Below are positions 62,729 through 64,000 of a stretch of DNA of 64,000 nt, piece by piece. Position 1 is the first letter of the stretch, and every line of letters starts with the position of its first letter. The translations under genes were made by a program, and so were the position numbers. Below the pieces are notes generated by a model. The model ran no database searches. It worked only from the letters and a program-made list of their open reading frames with translations, and had not been told where the DNA came from. The stretch comes from Centroscyllium fabricii (taxonomy: Eukaryota), in contig JBNRSN020000002.1 of the NCBI GenBank assembly GCA_051313645.2, forward strand, positions 354,392,001-354,456,000, written 5' to 3'.

Positions 62729-63411
62729 CAGTGGTCCCCAACCTTTTTGGCTCCGCGGCCCATTTTGAGGTTCGCAATTTTTTCGTGGGGGGGTGCTGGC
62801 GGGGGGTCGTGTTCGGGCGGTCAGGCAGCATGACGGGGCGTGGTGCTGTTCCAGCTCCAGCCTACTGAAATACAATCTCTTCACTCTCATTGAAGAGGTT
62901 CGGGTTCCAATAAGCAGCATGACCCTTCTCTCAAAATGCTTTTTACCAGTATTTGGCACAAAGGAAAAACTAAAGTTTAGTGTTTCCTTTGTGCCAAACG
63001 CTGGCAAAAAGCATTTTGAGAGAAGGGTCATGCCGCCCACCGGAACCCGAACCTCCCCAATGAGAGCGAAGAGACTGCACCCCAGCAGGCTGGAGCTGGA
63101 ACAGCACCGTGCCCCGTCATGCCGCCTGACCGCCCGAACCCGACCACCCCCGTCAGCCCCCCTCCTCACCGCCCACGTCACGACGTAAGCGGTGAAAAAA
63201 AGGCGCTCGAGGCGCAGACGCAAGCCTTACGTCTGTGCCTCAAATGCCCTCTCACCGCTTACGTCGTGACGTCACGACGTAAGCGGTGAAAAAAAAAGGC
63301 GTTCGAGGCACAGACGCAAGCCCTACGTCTGTGCCTCGTTAAACGGCTTCCGTCTGTGCATCATTAAATGAGGCACAGACGGAAACAAGCGGTCCAGCCA
63401 AAATACAGCGT
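62729..63411. mobile_element. hAT/Charlie-like MITE left part with a long internal palindrome
   Basis: CAGTGGTCCCCAACCTTTTT terminus; 170-bp inverted arms at 62805-63145. Confidence 0.7.
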
Positions 63412-64000
63412 TGTGGCGGCACGCCCACGGGGACATCGAATCCGCCACGGGAACTCCGCGGAGCAAAGCCCCGCTCATCCGGGTGACGCGACGACGTCAC
63501 CACGTTGGCCGACGCGATGACGTCACCAACCGCGGGACTGTTTAAATACGCTTGTTGCGAGTGGTTCACTCTCTTTCTTGTTTTGTCGAGTATATTAAAG
63601 CTGTGTTTTCTCTAGCTCTGGCTCACGTGTGGTTCCTAGGCCCTGCCGGCGCTACAGTGGTGACCCCGAATTGGAACGACTTCCAAAGACGAAAAGCTGC
63701 CGCAGGATCTGGGACCACCAGCCAAAGAACTTTTTAAATAAGAAAACATGGTAAACCCAAGGAACCAAGCTCCACGAACGCAAGGACTTGGCCAGAACGT
63801 CGGACGTGGACTAACTCTACCCGAGTTCTGGGAGCAACGGCCAGCGGCCTGGTTTATGTGCATCGAGACCAGCTGCCGCACACATGGCATCCAGGGGGAC
63901 GACCGATACGACCTGGTCTTCTCAGCCCTACCGCAGTCGACGATCGATCGGATGTGGTCAAAAATACAGCGTGTGCCCACCGCAGGCAGGTATGAATCCC
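63412..64000 (+). mobile_element. Ty3/Gypsy element 5' end: LTR 63412-63656, tRNA-Trp PBS 63658-63669, gag from 63748
   Basis: TGTGGCGGC...GCTACA then TGGTGACCCCGA; open frame MVNPRNQ...LPEFWEQRPAAWF...STIDRMWSKIQRVPTAGRYES runs to the window end. Confidence 0.93.

Noticed and set aside
2782-63656. The two similar LTRs as ends of one giant element
   Set aside because: They are in opposite orientation, only moderately similar, and each has its own PBS and gag pointing outward.

Overview
Repeat-dense vertebrate genomic DNA, most likely from a cartilaginous fish (inferred from V-SINE/HE1-like and SacSINE1/Deu-like SINEs plus CR1, L2, Rex1 and Penelope-like repeats). It is not prokaryotic and has no CRISPR array. 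One host gene is recognisable on the + strand, NAF1 (H/ACA RNP assembly factor). It has a putative CpG-rich promoter and non-coding first exon (~10560-11002), a ~28 kb first intron and a first coding exon (39428-40075). That exon contains MEVSVSAQLETLSF (human NAF1 begins MEVVEAAAAQLETLKF, from memory) behind a ~140-aa N-terminal extension; no further exons were recognised. The rest is mostly nested mobile DNA: three Ty3/Gypsy elements, a solo LTR, CR1/L2/Rex1 LINE fragments, tRNA-derived SINEs and Tigger-, Harbinger- and hAT-like MITEs. Highlights: (1) two families of short, mostly fold-back Penelope-like elements with target-site duplications and minimal hammerhead ribozyme motifs, one intact copy lying in the sense strand of the presumed NAF1 intron; (2) a CAGGG-terminated hAT-like family with a 6-bp TSD whose copies carry different expanded minisatellites, including a 2-kb graded array; (3) a 341-bp palindrome whose arm mismatches are almost all A-versus-G. 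Repeat-family names come from recalled motifs, not database searches. Counts were made by eye, and LINE/SINE boundaries are approximate.
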